DNA of 63,970 bases, the filler included, from Myxococcota bacterium (GTDB lineage: Bacteria; Myxococcota; Myxococcia; Myxococcales; Myxococcaceae), in NCBI GenBank assembly GCA_049322255.1. It is 3 parts of 3 records of this genome, joined end to end, with 100 filler letters (N's around TTAATTAATTAA, not from the genome) between each part and the next. Parts side by side here need not be neighbours in the genome. Positions count along the whole stretch, not along the records: positions 1 to 30,963 come from JBMORE010000038.1; 2 more parts are not named here. One strand, written 5' to 3'. This document shows positions 19,681 through 29,750 of this stretch, piece by piece; position 1 is the stretch's first letter; every line of letters begins with the position of its first letter. Under the pieces are notes generated by a model that was not told the origin of the DNA, did not search any database, and worked only from the letters and a program-made list of their open reading frames with translations. Made by a program: the position numbers and the translations under genes.

Positions 19681-20066
19681 CAGTGCAAGGCGTGCGGCTG
19701 GGTGAGCGCGAACTCGGAAATCTTGGCGTCGAAACGTTCGCCGCCGGGCCGCACCATCCCGTAGCTGCCGCGCATGGTGCCGAACGGGGTGCGCAGCATC
19801 GCCCAGCTGGTGTACTCGAAACGCTCTCCCGGGCCGAGCAGCGGCTGCTTGCCCACCACCCCGGCGCCGCGCACCTCCTCCACCTTGCCGGTGGCGTCGG
19901 TGATGATCCAATGCCGGCTCTCCAGCTTGGCGGGCGAGTGGCCGATGTTGGCGACCTCCACGGTATAGGTGAAGGCGAACTGGCTGGCCTCCGGTACCGA
20001 GCGGTCGGGCCAGTAGGCAGCCCGGACGGTGACGCGAATGCCATCGGTGGTGGTGCTGGTGGACAT
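19680..20066 (-). CDS. apaG: ApaG protein
   Basis: RHWIITD, GAGVVGKQP, FEYTS, GTMRGSY. Confidence 0.95.
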   Translation of the reverse strand: MSTSTTTDGIRVTVRAAYWPDRSVPEASQFAFTYTVEVANIGHSPAKLESRHWIITDATGKVEEVRGAGVVGKQPLLGPGERFEYTSWAMLRTPFGTMRGSYGMVRPGGERFDAKISEFALTQPHALH

Positions 20067-20075
20067 GGGTAGACC

Positions 20076-22217
20076 TTAGCCGCCCACCCCGTGCCGCAGC
20101 ACCATCATCGCGCGGCTGGACAGCACGAGCTTGCCGCCGGCGGGAGCGACCGTCCCGGATTGGTCGTCGCTGGTGTCGATGACCATCTCCCAGTGTTTGC
20201 CCCACTCGATGGCGGGGAGGGTGAACTCCACCCCTTGCGCCTCGGCGTTGAGCAGCACCAGGAGCGTGTCTCCTTGCAGCCGTTTGCCCTGGGGGTCGCG
20301 GGCCTGCAAGGCGTCGCCTCCGAGCAGGTACCCCAGCGCGCGGCAGGAGGGCTTGTGCCAGTCCTCGTGGGTCATCTCGGCGCCGTCGGGGCGGAACCAG
20401 ACCAGGTCCTTGAAGCGGCTGTCCTCGATGTTGGCGCCGAGGAAGAAGTTGCGCCGCTGCAAGACGGGCTCCTCCTTGCGCAGGCGGATGAGGCGCGCGG
20501 TGAGCTCGAGGAGGGCGCGCTGCTCTTCGTCCAAGTCCCAGCGCACCCAGGAGAGCTCGTTGTCCTGGCTGTAGGTGTTGTTGTTCCCTTTCTGGGTGCG
20601 GCCCATTTCGTCCCCGGCGAGGAGGAGCGGGGTGCCCACCGAGACGAAGAGAGTGGTGAGGAAGTTCTTCTTCTGCCGCCGCCGCAGCGCGCTGATTTCC
20701 GGCTCGTCGGTCTCTCCCTCCGCCCCGCAGTTCCAGGCCCAGTTGTCATCGCCGCCGTCGCGGTTCTTCTCGCCGTTGGCCTCGTTGTGCTTCTTCTCGT
20801 AGGTGACCAGGTCGTGCAGGGTGAAGCCGTCGTGCACGGAGACGTAGTTGACCGACGCGGTGGGCCGCCGCCCGGAGAGCTTGTAGAGGTCGGAGGAGCC
20901 GCTCAGCCGGTAACCAATCTCCGCCGCCTGCCGCTCGTCACCTTTCCAGAAGCGCCGCACCGCCTCGCGGTAGCGGCCGTTCCACTCCGCCCACTGCACG
21001 GGGAAGTTGCCGACCTTGTAGCCGTCCATGCCGACGTCCCACGGCTCAGCGATGAGCTTCACCCGGGAGAGCACCGGGTCTTGGTGGAGAATCTGAAAGA
21101 ACGGCGCGTCGCGATCGAATTCGCCTTCGCCGATGCGCCCTAAGGTGGTGGCCAAATCGAAGCGAAAGCCGTCGACCCGCATCTCGGTGACCCAGTAGCG
21201 CAAGGAGTCGGTGATGAGCTTGAGCACCTGCGGGTGGCGGCAGTCGAGGCTGTTCCCGGTGCCGGTGAAGTCGAGGTAGTAGCGGGGGTCGTCGGCGACC
21301 AGCCAGTAGTAAGTGCTGTTGTCCAGGCCGCGCAGCGAGAGGGTGGGCCCCAGGTGGTTGCCCTCGCAGGTGTGGTTGTAGACGACGTCGAGAATCACCT
21401 CCAGGCCGGCGGCGTGCAGCTCCTTCACCATCTGCTTGAACTCGCGCACCTGCTCCCCGCGCGCACCGGAGGAGCAAAAGCGCTGGTCGGGGGCGAAGTA
21501 GCCCAGGGTGTTGTAGCCCCAGTAGTTCGACAGGCCCTTCTCGACCAAGAAGCCGTCGTCGACCGCTTCGTGCACCGGGAGCAGCTCGAGCGAGGTGACG
21601 CCCAGCCGCCGGTAGTGCGCGATGGCCGCCGGGTGGGAGAGCCCCAGGTAGGTGCCACGCAAGGAGGGCGGAATTTCGGGGTGCAGCTGGGTGAACCCCT
21701 TGACGTGAAGCTCGTAGAGAATGGTCTGCCGCCACAAGACCTCGGGGCGCTTGTCGTCTCCCCAGTCGAAGTCGTCGGCCACCACCACCGAACGCGGTAC
21801 CCCGGCCGCGTCATCGTGCGTGTCAAAGGAGAGGTCTTTCTCCTTATCGCCCACCGTGTAGCCGTGCACCGGCGAGCGCCAGTCCACTTTGCCGAAGATG
21901 GCCTTGGCGTACGGGTCGACCAACAGCTTGTGAGGGTTGAAGCGCAGGCCCTCGTCGGGCGCATAGGGGCCCTTGGCGCGAAAACCGTAGAGCGTGCCAG
22001 GCTTCAAGGTGGGCACGTAGCCATGGAAGACGTGGTGGGTCTGGTCTGTGAGCGGCAGGCGGAAAAGCTCGCGCGCCGGCTCGGTGGCGTCGTAGAGGCA
22101 AACGTCGATGCCTTCCGCTCGGGAGGAGAACACTGCGAAGTTCACCCCGCGGCCATCGAACGTCGCTCCCAAGGGGTAGGGAACCCCTGGCCACACCTCG
22201 AGCTGCTCTTGGCTCAT
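20076..22217 (-). CDS. glgX: Glycogen debranching enzyme GlgX/TreX
   Basis: [38 protein letters not shown]. Confidence 0.96.
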   Translation of the reverse strand: MSQEQLEVWPGVPYPLGATFDGRGVNFAVFSSRAEGIDVCLYDATEPARELFRLPLTDQTHHVFHGYVPTLKPGTLYGFRAKGPYAPDEGLRFNPHKLLVDPYAKAIFGKVDWRSPVHGYTVGDKEKDLSFDTHDDAAGVPRSVVVADDFDWGDDKRPEVLWRQTILYELHVKGFTQLHPEIPPSLRGTYLGLSHPAAIAHYRRLGVTSLELLPVHEAVDDGFLVEKGLSNYWGYNTLGYFAPDQRFCSSGARGEQVREFKQMVKELHAAGLEVILDVVYNHTCEGNHLGPTLSLRGLDNSTYYWLVADDPRYYLDFTGTGNSLDCRHPQVLKLITDSLRYWVTEMRVDGFRFDLATTLGRIGEGEFDRDAPFFQILHQDPVLSRVKLIAEPWDVGMDGYKVGNFPVQWAEWNGRYREAVRRFWKGDERQAAEIGYRLSGSSDLYKLSGRRPTASVNYVSVHDGFTLHDLVTYEKKHNEANGEKNRDGGDDNWAWNCGAEGETDEPEISALRRRQKKNFLTTLFVSVGTPLLLAGDEMGRTQKGNNNTYSQDNELSWVRWDLDEEQRALLELTARLIRLRKEEPVLQRRNFFLGANIEDSRFKDLVWFRPDGAEMTHEDWHKPSCRALGYLLGGDALQARDPQGKRLQGDTLLVLLNAEAQGVEFTLPAIEWGKHWEMVIDTSDDQSGTVAPAGGKLVLSSRAMMVLRHGVGG

Positions 22218-25200
22218 TCTCCTCCCTTGAACAACAGCGCTACCGGAAAGTCCGCCCACAGCTCCTCGAGGTCGAGCACGTACGCCTCCTGACGCTTCCT
22301 AGCGCGCTTGACGGCTCCGGTCAGCGCGTCGTTGAGGGGAATTTCGCCGAGCGCCGAAGGGAGCACCACCTCGGTACCGGCCAGTTGAGAGACGGAGCGC
22401 ACGCGAGCCATCAGCCGAGGGGCCACCGCCACCACCCACTGGTCCCCGTGGTGACGGGCGAGGGCGACGGCATGCGCAGCCCCCTCACCTTGCACGTCGA
22501 GAGGCTGGTAGGCGCCCTGACGGAAAAGCTCCGAGAGCCCCCGCCGCAGCCGAAGGCCCTCGGCGAGCAGGTAGAGCTTGGCGCGTCCGTCGGTCATGTC
22601 TTTGGCCAGCTCGCGGCAGAGGGCAGCGCGGTCTTCTCGGGCTCGCGCGTCGTTGAGCGTCAAAAACCGCGCGCGCAGCGTAAAGTCCACCGGCCTTCGG
22701 TTGTCGGGGTCGACCAGGGAAAGGTCCCACAGCTCACAACCCTGGTAGACGTCGGTCACCCCGGGGCTGGCGAGCTTGAGCAGCGTCTGGCTCAAAGAGT
22801 TGAGCTGGCCCGGCCGCTCGAGCCGGCGCTTCATGCGGTAGGCGGCGTGGAGGAAGCCCCCCTCGCGCTCGTCGGTGAGACAGGCTTCGACGAAACGCGT
22901 CGTGGCGTCCTCGTAGGCGACGTTGGGGTTGACCCAGCTGGTGTTCTCCTTCGCCTCACGCACCGCCTTGAGCATGTAGTCGCGCAGGCGGCGGCGCAGC
23001 TCGGCCAGCTCGTGGCCCAAGACTCGAGGCCCCATCGGGTAGGCTCCCACCACGGTCTGGAAGAAGAGGTACTGATCGTTGGGGCTGGGCGCGTATGCCT
23101 CGCCCAGCCAGGTGCGGTACGGAGCCGAGAGCGCGGCGAGCTCTTTGACCGCGGCCTCCCACTCCTCGGGGAGCTCGGAGAGCACGTGCAGCCGTGCGCG
23201 TACGTCCTCGCTGCGCTTGGTGTCGTGGGTGGAAGTCGGCAGGAGCGACCCGGGAAAGCTCGCGGCCCGCTCCTGGTTTCGCAGGTGGAAGGTCGCCAGG
23301 GTGGTGCCGAAGCGGTCCGGCTCGCCGCCCACCTCGTTGAGCGAGATGAGGCGGTTGTAAACGTAGAAGGCGGTGTCCTCCAGGCCTTTGGCCATCACCG
23401 GGCCGGTGAGCTGCTGGAGCTTCATCGCAAAGCGCAGCATCACCTTTCTCTCCGCGGGGCTGATGTGCTCGGGGTAACGCCGAAGGAGAATGTCCTCGAG
23501 GAAGCGGAAGATGGAAACGTTGGTAGTGGGGTCTTTCTCGATCGCACGGGCAATCGTCCAGCTCACGTAGCGCACGTCGTGCTCGTCGACCTCGGGGTGC
23601 CAGTCGTCGACGTAGGTGCGGTAAACGGGGAAGAGGGCGATGAGCTCGAGCAGCGTCCGGCGCAGCGCGTTCAAAGTGAAGTCGCGCGTGCGGCGATTCA
23701 GCTCCGAGATGCGGTTGAGCTCGTGGGCGAGCACGTTGAGCTCGCTGGCCATCGAAGCGGTGAGCACCAGCCGTTTCTTCTCGTAGAGCAACGCGCGAAA
23801 GTCGAGGCGGCGTTGGGTGAAGCGCTCGTACACCTCCGAGAGCGCCGACTCGCCGGCACGATCGACGAGCACTCCGCCCACCATGTTGGCGAAACGGTAA
23901 CCGGTGGTGCCGGCGATTGCCCACTCGTCGGGAATACGCTCGCGCCCGCCCTGAATCTTCTCCACCACCACGTAGAGCGCGCGGCGCAACGGTGAGTCGA
24001 GGCGCGCGTGCACCTCGGCGCGAAAACCGGCGCGCACCGCCATTTCCACCTCGGGCCACTGGGGCCGGTCGATACCGAAGCGACGTTGCGCGCGCGTGAG
24101 GACGAAGCGCTCTTGCAGGTCGAGGAAGTAGGCGGTGGGGTCGAAGAGCCCGTCGGGGTGATCGACGCGCAGGCCGGTCACCTTTCCCTCGCCCAACCAC
24201 TCGAAGATGCGCGCGTGCGCGAGGTCGAAGACCTCCGGGTCCTCCACCCGAATCGCCGCGAGCGAGTTGATGTCGAAAAAGCGGCGGTAGTTGATCTCCT
24301 CACCCGCTGTCCGCCAGTGGGCGAGCCGGTAGCAACCCGCCTCGAGCAAGCGATCGAGCAGGTCGAAGCTGTGCGGGTCGTTGACCCGACCGTTGAGCTC
24401 CCCGACGTTCCTTTGCACGAAGGCGCGCAGCGCTTCGCTGCGGGAAAGCAGGTCGGCCAGGCGGCGCTTGATGACCTCCTTCTCGCGGTTGCGCTCGAGC
24501 ACCTTGGGTCGCTTGGCCTCGGTGTGAGGGGGCAGGTGGTCGAGCGCGGTGAGAATCGACTGCAGCTCCACGAGGTGGGCGTCACCCTCTCCCACCCGCG
24601 ACACCAGCTCGTCGAGGCGGTGGCGCAGCACTTGGGCGTAGGCGCAGGGTGCGACCGGCAAGCGGTGGTCGAAGTAGTTGACGAAGAACGCGCCCTTCTG
24701 GAAGTCGACCGAGAGCTTCAGCTCGCCGCGCTCGAGCACCACCCCGTACGGGTCCCCGAGAATGGGCAGGAGCACCTTGCCGGCCAGCTCCGCCTTCACC
24801 GGCTGCCAGTCGATGTCGAAGACGTGGGCGAACACCGACGCCTGGCCGTTCTCGAGCACGTCGAGCCACAGCGCATTGTCGCCCTCGATGCCCATGTGGT
24901 TGGGCACGCAGTCGAGCAGTTGGCCCAGACCGGCGTCGGCCAACGCGGCGCAGAAGCGAGCGTGCTCTTCTTCCGTGCCGATTTCCGGGTTCAGCACGCG
25001 GTGGTCGAGCACGTCGTAGCCGTGCAGGCTGCCGGGCATCGCCTTGAGATAGGGCGAAGCGTAGAGGTCGGAAACGCCCAACTGAGCCAGGTAGGGCACC
25101 ACCTGGCCCGCGTCTTCGAAAGTGAAACGATGATGGAGCTGAACCCGGTAGGTGGACAGAGGCGTGCGCGCGTGTGCCGCCTCGAGGCGGGCTTCTTCCA

Positions 25201-25246
25201 GCAGCTGGGCGGCCACGGTGTCGACGGCCGTCGATTCGGCGCTCAT
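22214..25246 (-). CDS. treY: Malto-oligosyltrehalose synthase
   Basis: STYRVQ, HGYDV, VPNHM, NYRRFFDIN, RVDHPDGL, STHDTKRSED, LVDPDNRRPVD. Confidence 0.96.
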   Translation of the reverse strand: MSAESTAVDTVAAQLLEEARLEAAHARTPLSTYRVQLHHRFTFEDAGQVVPYLAQLGVSDLYASPYLKAMPGSLHGYDVLDHRVLNPEIGTEEEHARFCAALADAGLGQLLDCVPNHMGIEGDNALWLDVLENGQASVFAHVFDIDWQPVKAELAGKVLLPILGDPYGVVLERGELKLSVDFQKGAFFVNYFDHRLPVAPCAYAQVLRHRLDELVSRVGEGDAHLVELQSILTALDHLPPHTEAKRPKVLERNREKEVIKRRLADLLSRSEALRAFVQRNVGELNGRVNDPHSFDLLDRLLEAGCYRLAHWRTAGEEINYRRFFDINSLAAIRVEDPEVFDLAHARIFEWLGEGKVTGLRVDHPDGLFDPTAYFLDLQERFVLTRAQRRFGIDRPQWPEVEMAVRAGFRAEVHARLDSPLRRALYVVVEKIQGGRERIPDEWAIAGTTGYRFANMVGGVLVDRAGESALSEVYERFTQRRLDFRALLYEKKRLVLTASMASELNVLAHELNRISELNRRTRDFTLNALRRTLLELIALFPVYRTYVDDWHPEVDEHDVRYVSWTIARAIEKDPTTNVSIFRFLEDILLRRYPEHISPAERKVMLRFAMKLQQLTGPVMAKGLEDTAFYVYNRLISLNEVGGEPDRFGTTLATFHLRNQERAASFPGSLLPTSTHDTKRSEDVRARLHVLSELPEEWEAAVKELAALSAPYRTWLGEAYAPSPNDQYLFFQTVVGAYPMGPRVLGHELAELRRRLRDYMLKAVREAKENTSWVNPNVAYEDATTRFVEACLTDEREGGFLHAAYRMKRRLERPGQLNSLSQTLLKLASPGVTDVYQGCELWDLSLVDPDNRRPVDFTLRARFLTLNDARAREDRAALCRELAKDMTDGRAKLYLLAEGLRLRRGLSELFRQGAYQPLDVQGEGAAHAVALARHHGDQWVVAVAPRLMARVRSVSQLAGTEVVLPSALGEIPLNDALTGAVKRARKRQEAYVLDLEELWADFPVALLFKGGE

Positions 25247-25324
25247 GTGAACGAACGATGTACGTCAGCTCTCCACCCGCGCGCAGCGTGCCTTCTCGCC
25301 GACCCGCGAGTTGAGTATGTTTCC

Positions 25325-25424
25325 TGGCCGTTCGTTGTCGGCTTTCAAACGGTCAAGGAGACTTCGCAAGGACGACCTGAGCGCTGCGGGCACCGCTCGG
25401 CCGGTTCGATTCCAGCGCGGCTAA
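25325..25424 (+). ncRNA. Putative tRNA-like structured RNA with aberrant anticodon arm
   Basis: Intergenic; T-arm GCCGG-TTCGATT-CCAGC; 7-bp acceptor-like stem TGGCCGT/GCGGCTA; long variable-arm-like hairpin; no CCA. Confidence 0.35.
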
Positions 25425-25864
25425 GCGGTAGACGGCAGCTCGATGACCAGAAGCTCTCCCTCGACCCGCGTCGCCAGCGCCGTGAGCGGCTGGGTCGCCG
25501 GTCCCTCCAAGAGCTCTCCGGAGGCACCGAAACGCGAGCCATGGCAGGGGCAGCCCCACTCCTTGGCCTTGGGCGCCCAGTCGACCGTGCAGCCCGCGTG
25601 GGTGCACACTGCGGTCACCACCCGCCAGCCACCCGCGCCGTCGGCAGTGATGAGCACGTCGGGGTGTGGTGACCCGGGGCTGGCCTGAAGCACGTCATCC
25701 GGCGCGAGGGCGTTCAGCTCGGAGAGCGGCACCCGTAAGGTCGAGCCTTCGATGGAAGCGCTGCTGGCACGAGGGTGCACCGCCCCGTTGGAGAGGAAAG
25801 CGCACGAGGGCGCGAGCACGGCGGCACCTGACACCACGAGCAGCTGACGTCGATGAAGGCTCAT
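25421..25864 (-). CDS. Rieske [2Fe-2S] protein, probably Tat-exported
   Basis: RRQLL signal; CTHAGC and CPCHGSRF. Confidence 0.9.
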   Translation of the reverse strand: MSLHRRQLLVVSGAAVLAPSCAFLSNGAVHPRASSASIEGSTLRVPLSELNALAPDDVLQASPGSPHPDVLITADGAGGWRVVTAVCTHAGCTVDWAPKAKEWGCPCHGSRFGASGELLEGPATQPLTALATRVEGELLVIELPSTA

Positions 25865-25873
25865 GTGCCCCAT

Positions 25874-25907
25874 CAAACAACGAGGGCCCGCCGGAAGGCG
25901 AGCCCTC
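25874..25907 (-). terminator. Intrinsic terminator after the SWIB gene
   Basis: Minus strand GAGGGCTCGCC-TTCC-GGCGGGCCCTC followed by GTTGTTT. Confidence 0.65.
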
Positions 25908-25932
25908 ATTCAGACGTGCTGCTGAGAAACGA

Positions 25933-26235
25933 TCAGCTCAGGTGCTTGTTCACCAGGCGGGTCATCTCGAACATGTCGACCCTGCTCTTGCCGCCAAACA
26001 CGGCCTTGAGCTTGTCGTCGGCATTGATGACGCGCTTTTGCTTCGCGTCCTGCAGGTTGTGCCTCTTGATGTACGCCCACACCTTGCTGGTGATCTCGGT
26101 GCGGGGCATCGCCTTGTCGCCGACGATCTCGGACAACGCCGACGACGGAGTCATCGGCTTCATGAACGCGGCATTCGGCTTGCGCTTGGTCGTCTTCTTC
26201 GCAGCGGTCTTCTTCGCGGTCTTCTTAGCGGCCAT
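25933..26235 (-). CDS. SWIB/MDM2-domain protein with Lys/Ala-rich N-terminus (ElbA-like position)
   Basis: [34 protein letters not shown]. Confidence 0.92.
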   Translation of the reverse strand: MAAKKTAKKTAAKKTTKRKPNAAFMKPMTPSSALSEIVGDKAMPRTEITSKVWAYIKRHNLQDAKQKRVINADDKLKAVFGGKSRVDMFEMTRLVNKHLS

Positions 26236-26419
26236 TCGTCTTCGTTCTCCTCCCCTGGATGGGGGCGTTAGCGGCTTCGTCGAGAAAGCCGGGGCGTGCC
26301 TCCTAGCAGAGCCCCCGAGGGAAAAACAGCGTCTTGATCCACTTTTTCGAAAGGAGCGCCCCCGAGCACCTGATGGTTGCGCTTGCCAGGGCCCCGTCGT
26401 TCGTGGTTGCAAGCTGGCC

Positions 26420-27103
26420 ATGAGGAGCCCCCCCAGCGGCAGCGCCAAAGCGGCCTTCTATGATGTCGACGGCACCTTGGTGTCGACGAACATCGTGCAT
26501 GCCTACGGCTACTACGCGATGAATCGCGGGTCGCTTTGGGGCACCGCCGTCCGCACCTTGGGCACGGTGGCGTCGATTCCGCTGTTCGGCGCGCTCGACT
26601 TGGTCAACCGCAAGGTCTTCAACGAATTCTTCTACCGCTACTACGCGGGGATGTCGGAAGACCGGCTGGTGACGTTGGCGGAGGACATGTTCGAAGACGT
26701 GATGAAGCCGGCCATCTTCCCCAAGGCGCAAGACCTCATCGACGAGGCGCGGCGCTCGGGCTGCCGCATCGTCCTGGTCACCGGAGCGCTGGACTTCACC
26801 GTACGGCCGCTGGCGCGCCACCTGGGCGCCGACGACCTGGTCGCCAACAAGATGCAGTTCGTGGGCGGGGTGGCCACCGGGAAGGTGATTCCTCCGGTCA
26901 TCGAGGGAGCGAACAAGGCCAATGCCATTCGCGACTACTGTGAGAAGAACAACCTCTTCCTCAACAAGTGCCACGCCTACTCGGACAGCGCCTCGGACTA
27001 CGCGATGCTCGCGGTGGTGGGGCGCCCCACAGCGGTGAACCCGGACATGCGCCTGCGCTCGCTGGCGCGCGCCTACAACTGGCCAGTGCTCGACCTGAGG
27101 TAG
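26420..27103 (+). CDS. elbB: HAD-IB family hydrolase (ElbB-like)
   Basis: [25 protein letters not shown]; gene order matches the elb cluster. Confidence 0.75.
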   Translation: MRSPPSGSAKAAFYDVDGTLVSTNIVHAYGYYAMNRGSLWGTAVRTLGTVASIPLFGALDLVNRKVFNEFFYRYYAGMSEDRLVTLAEDMFEDVMKPAIFPKAQDLIDEARRSGCRIVLVTGALDFTVRPLARHLGADDLVANKMQFVGGVATGKVIPPVIEGANKANAIRDYCEKNNLFLNKCHAYSDSASDYAMLAVVGRPTAVNPDMRLRSLARAYNWPVLDLR

Positions 27104-27111
27104 CGAAAAAC

Positions 27112-28722
27112 GTGCGCCCCTTGAAGACGTTGCAGAAGCTTTACGACGAAGAGTCCCACGTGGTGATCACCGAGAAAGGCTCGCCCCCGCGGGTCATCTT
27201 CTCGGGAGAAGACTTCCTCCTCGAGGACTTGCCGGTGGGCACGCGGGTCATCTTCCCCAAGCCGCCGCTGCAAGGGGTGCCCAACCTCAAGGCGGCCATT
27301 CGCTGGGCGATCAACCACCCGGAAGGGATGGAGCCTTTGCACGCGCTCCTGCGCCCGGGGATGAAGGTGACCATCGCCCTGGACGACATCTCGCTCCCGC
27401 TGCCGCCGATGAAGACCCCCGACGTACGGCAGACGATTCTGGAGATTGTCCTTTCGCTTCTGGCCGACTCGGGCGTCGACGACGTGCATCTGGTCGTCGC
27501 CAACGCGCTCCACCGCCGCATGACCGAGGCGGAGATGAAGCGCATGGTGGGGCAGAAAATCTTCACCGCCTACTACCCCGACCGCTACTACAACCACGAC
27601 GCCGAAGACCCCGACGGCATCGTGGAGCTGGAGAAGACCGCCCACGGCGAGGTGGTGGCCATCAACCGCCGCGCCGCCGAGAGCGACCTGCTCATCTACG
27701 TGAACATCAACCTCGTGCCCATGGACGGGGGCCACAAGTCGGTGGGCACCGGGCTTGCCAACTACGCCTCCTTGCGCGCGCACCACAACCCAAAGACCAT
27801 TCGCGACTCCGAGAGCTACATGGAGCCTGCGCGCTCGGCGCTGCACCGCTCCACCGAGCGCATCGGGCGGGTGATCGACAAGCACCTCAAGGTCTTTCAC
27901 ATCGAGACCGCGCTCAACAACCGCATGTTCGACGGCCCGGTGGCGTTCCTCGGCAAGAAGGAGGAGGACTACACCGAGCTCGACCGCATGAAGTTCCAGG
28001 CGATGAAGTACGCGCTGGCCAAGACTCCGCGGGCGGCGAAGCGGAAGATGTTCTTCAGCATCCCCGCGGCGTACGAGGTCATCTCGGTGCACGCCGGCGC
28101 CACCGAGCCCACCCACGAGAAGACGCTCGAGGCGTGCTGGCGGCAGTACGCGGTGCCGGTGGAGGGACAAAGCGACGTCGTCATCTTCGGTGTGCCGTAC
28201 GTCTCGCCCTACAACGTGAACTCCATTTTGAACCCGCTGCTCCTTCAAGTGATGGGGCTGGGCTACTTCTTCAACCTGAACCGCGGGGTGCCCCTGGTGA
28301 AGAAGGGCGGCGTCATCATCCTCTGCCACCCGGCGTACGACGAGTTCGACCCCGAGCACCACCCCAGCTACATCGAGTTCTTCAACCGCCTGTTGCCGGA
28401 GACGCGCGACGCGATGGTGCTCGAGCACAAGTACGAGCGCGAGTTCGCCGAGAACCCCTCGTACGTGCACCTGTACCGCAAGGGGAACGCCTACCACGGC
28501 GCTCACCCCTTCTACATGTGGTACTGGGGCGAAAACGGGCGGCAGCACGTGGGCAAGGTCATCGTCGCCGGCTCGGAGAACAACCACGTGCCCGAGCTCT
28601 TGGGCTGGGAGCGCACCGACACCCTGGCCGAAGCGATTGACCAGGCGCGCGGGTTCATGGGCCGAAGCGCCACCATCTCCATGGTGCACATGCCGCCGAT
28701 TCTGCAGACCGACGTGCGGTAG
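27112..28722 (+). CDS. elbC: DUF2088/LarA-N domain protein (ElbC-like)
   Basis: [26 protein letters not shown]; lies between the HAD gene and the acyl-reductase gene. Confidence 0.7.
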   Translation: MRPLKTLQKLYDEESHVVITEKGSPPRVIFSGEDFLLEDLPVGTRVIFPKPPLQGVPNLKAAIRWAINHPEGMEPLHALLRPGMKVTIALDDISLPLPPMKTPDVRQTILEIVLSLLADSGVDDVHLVVANALHRRMTEAEMKRMVGQKIFTAYYPDRYYNHDAEDPDGIVELEKTAHGEVVAINRRAAESDLLIYVNINLVPMDGGHKSVGTGLANYASLRAHHNPKTIRDSESYMEPARSALHRSTERIGRVIDKHLKVFHIETALNNRMFDGPVAFLGKKEEDYTELDRMKFQAMKYALAKTPRAAKRKMFFSIPAAYEVISVHAGATEPTHEKTLEACWRQYAVPVEGQSDVVIFGVPYVSPYNVNSILNPLLLQVMGLGYFFNLNRGVPLVKKGGVIILCHPAYDEFDPEHHPSYIEFFNRLLPETRDAMVLEHKYEREFAENPSYVHLYRKGNAYHGAHPFYMWYWGENGRQHVGKVIVAGSENNHVPELLGWERTDTLAEAIDQARGFMGRSATISMVHMPPILQTDVR

Positions 28723-28783
28723 CGCTTAAGACAGCAGGGCTGGGTTGGCGGAGTGAGCTCAGCACCGCTAGATTTACACGGTC

Positions 28784-29050
28784 ATGAAGGACCGCCCGTA
28801 CTTCATCTGGGACGTGCCCATCACCGAGGCCGAGCTGCGTGAGCGGCTGAAGGAACCGGACCCGGATACACGCGCCCAGTGGCAGGCCGTCATCATGCGC
28901 GAGGCCCGTTTTGATGACGTTTGGAAATACTTGCGGCTGGAGGAAATCCTTCGCGACTGGAAAGACATTCGGCGTCACTTGGGGCGCCAGCGCGCCTTCT
29001 GGGAGTTCCTCCTGAACGGCTGGCGGGAAGATGGCCTCCTCCCCGCCTAG
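28784..29050 (+). CDS. Small protein, probable antitoxin/partner of the AbiEii-type NTase
   Basis: 88 aa, PYFIWD motif; overlaps the downstream NTase gene; TAGATT -10-like box upstream. Confidence 0.7.
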   Translation: MKDRPYFIWDVPITEAELRERLKEPDPDTRAQWQAVIMREARFDDVWKYLRLEEILRDWKDIRRHLGRQRAFWEFLLNGWREDGLLPA

Positions 29051-29696
29051 CCGGCTCACGCCTCTACAGCGTGAGCTCCTCGAGCAATTCTTTCACCGCG
29101 AGCATCGGTTCTTCCTCACGGGTGGCGGCGCCCTAGCGGGTTTTTACTTTGGCCACCGAACCACCGAGGACCTCGACTTCTTCGCGCCTCCTGGGCTGGA
29201 TCTCGCAGAAGCAGCGCGCGCTCTCGAAGAAGCGGCCCAGGCGACCGGAGCCACCGTGCGGCCGGCACAGATCTATCCCGACTTTCGCCGGCTTTTCGTC
29301 GAACGAGGCGACGAGACGTGCGTCGTGGACCTGGTCATCGACCGCGCCCCGATGGTCGACTCCGAGAAGCAGAGCTTCGGTGCCATACGGGTCGATACCC
29401 TTCGAGAAATCGCAGCCAACAAGATCTGCACTCTTCTCTCCCGAAGTGAGCCCAAAGACCTCGTCGATCTTGCGTTTCTTATTCGCTCTGGCATCGACCT
29501 GCGCAGGGCATTCGAAGACGCTCAGAAAAAAGACCGAGGAGCTGAGCCTGCGACGCTGGCGTGGATCCTCGATCAAGTGACCATCTCTCCGCGCGCCCGC
29601 CTGCCCGGAGGAATCGACCCTGTCGATCTCGACGCATTCCGAGTGGACCTCGTCCGCCGGCTTCGCGCCATGGCGTTCGAGAAGGTGCCCAAGTAG
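29031..29696 (+). CDS. AbiEii/AbiGii-family nucleotidyltransferase toxin
   Basis: FFLTGGGAL, HRTTEDLDFF, IAANK, RSEPKDLVDL. Confidence 0.88.
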   Translation: MASSPPSRLTPLQRELLEQFFHREHRFFLTGGGALAGFYFGHRTTEDLDFFAPPGLDLAEAARALEEAAQATGATVRPAQIYPDFRRLFVERGDETCVVDLVIDRAPMVDSEKQSFGAIRVDTLREIAANKICTLLSRSEPKDLVDLAFLIRSGIDLRRAFEDAQKKDRGAEPATLAWILDQVTISPRARLPGGIDPVDLDAFRVDLVRRLRAMAFEKVPK

Positions 29697-29750
29697 CGTC
29701 AGCGCCTGCTGGATTTCACCCCCGTGGGCGGGTAGGAATCGACCTCACGC

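Noticed and set aside
25337..25353. CTTTCAA/TTCAAA resembling a tRNA-Glu or tRNA-Sec anticodon loop
   Set aside because: Flanking stem is poor and the distance to the T-arm does not fit; not called as a canonical tRNA
28719..29698. GTAGCG at both ends of the TA module as a target-site duplication
   Set aside because: The same hexamer also ends the HAD gene; explained by TAG stop context
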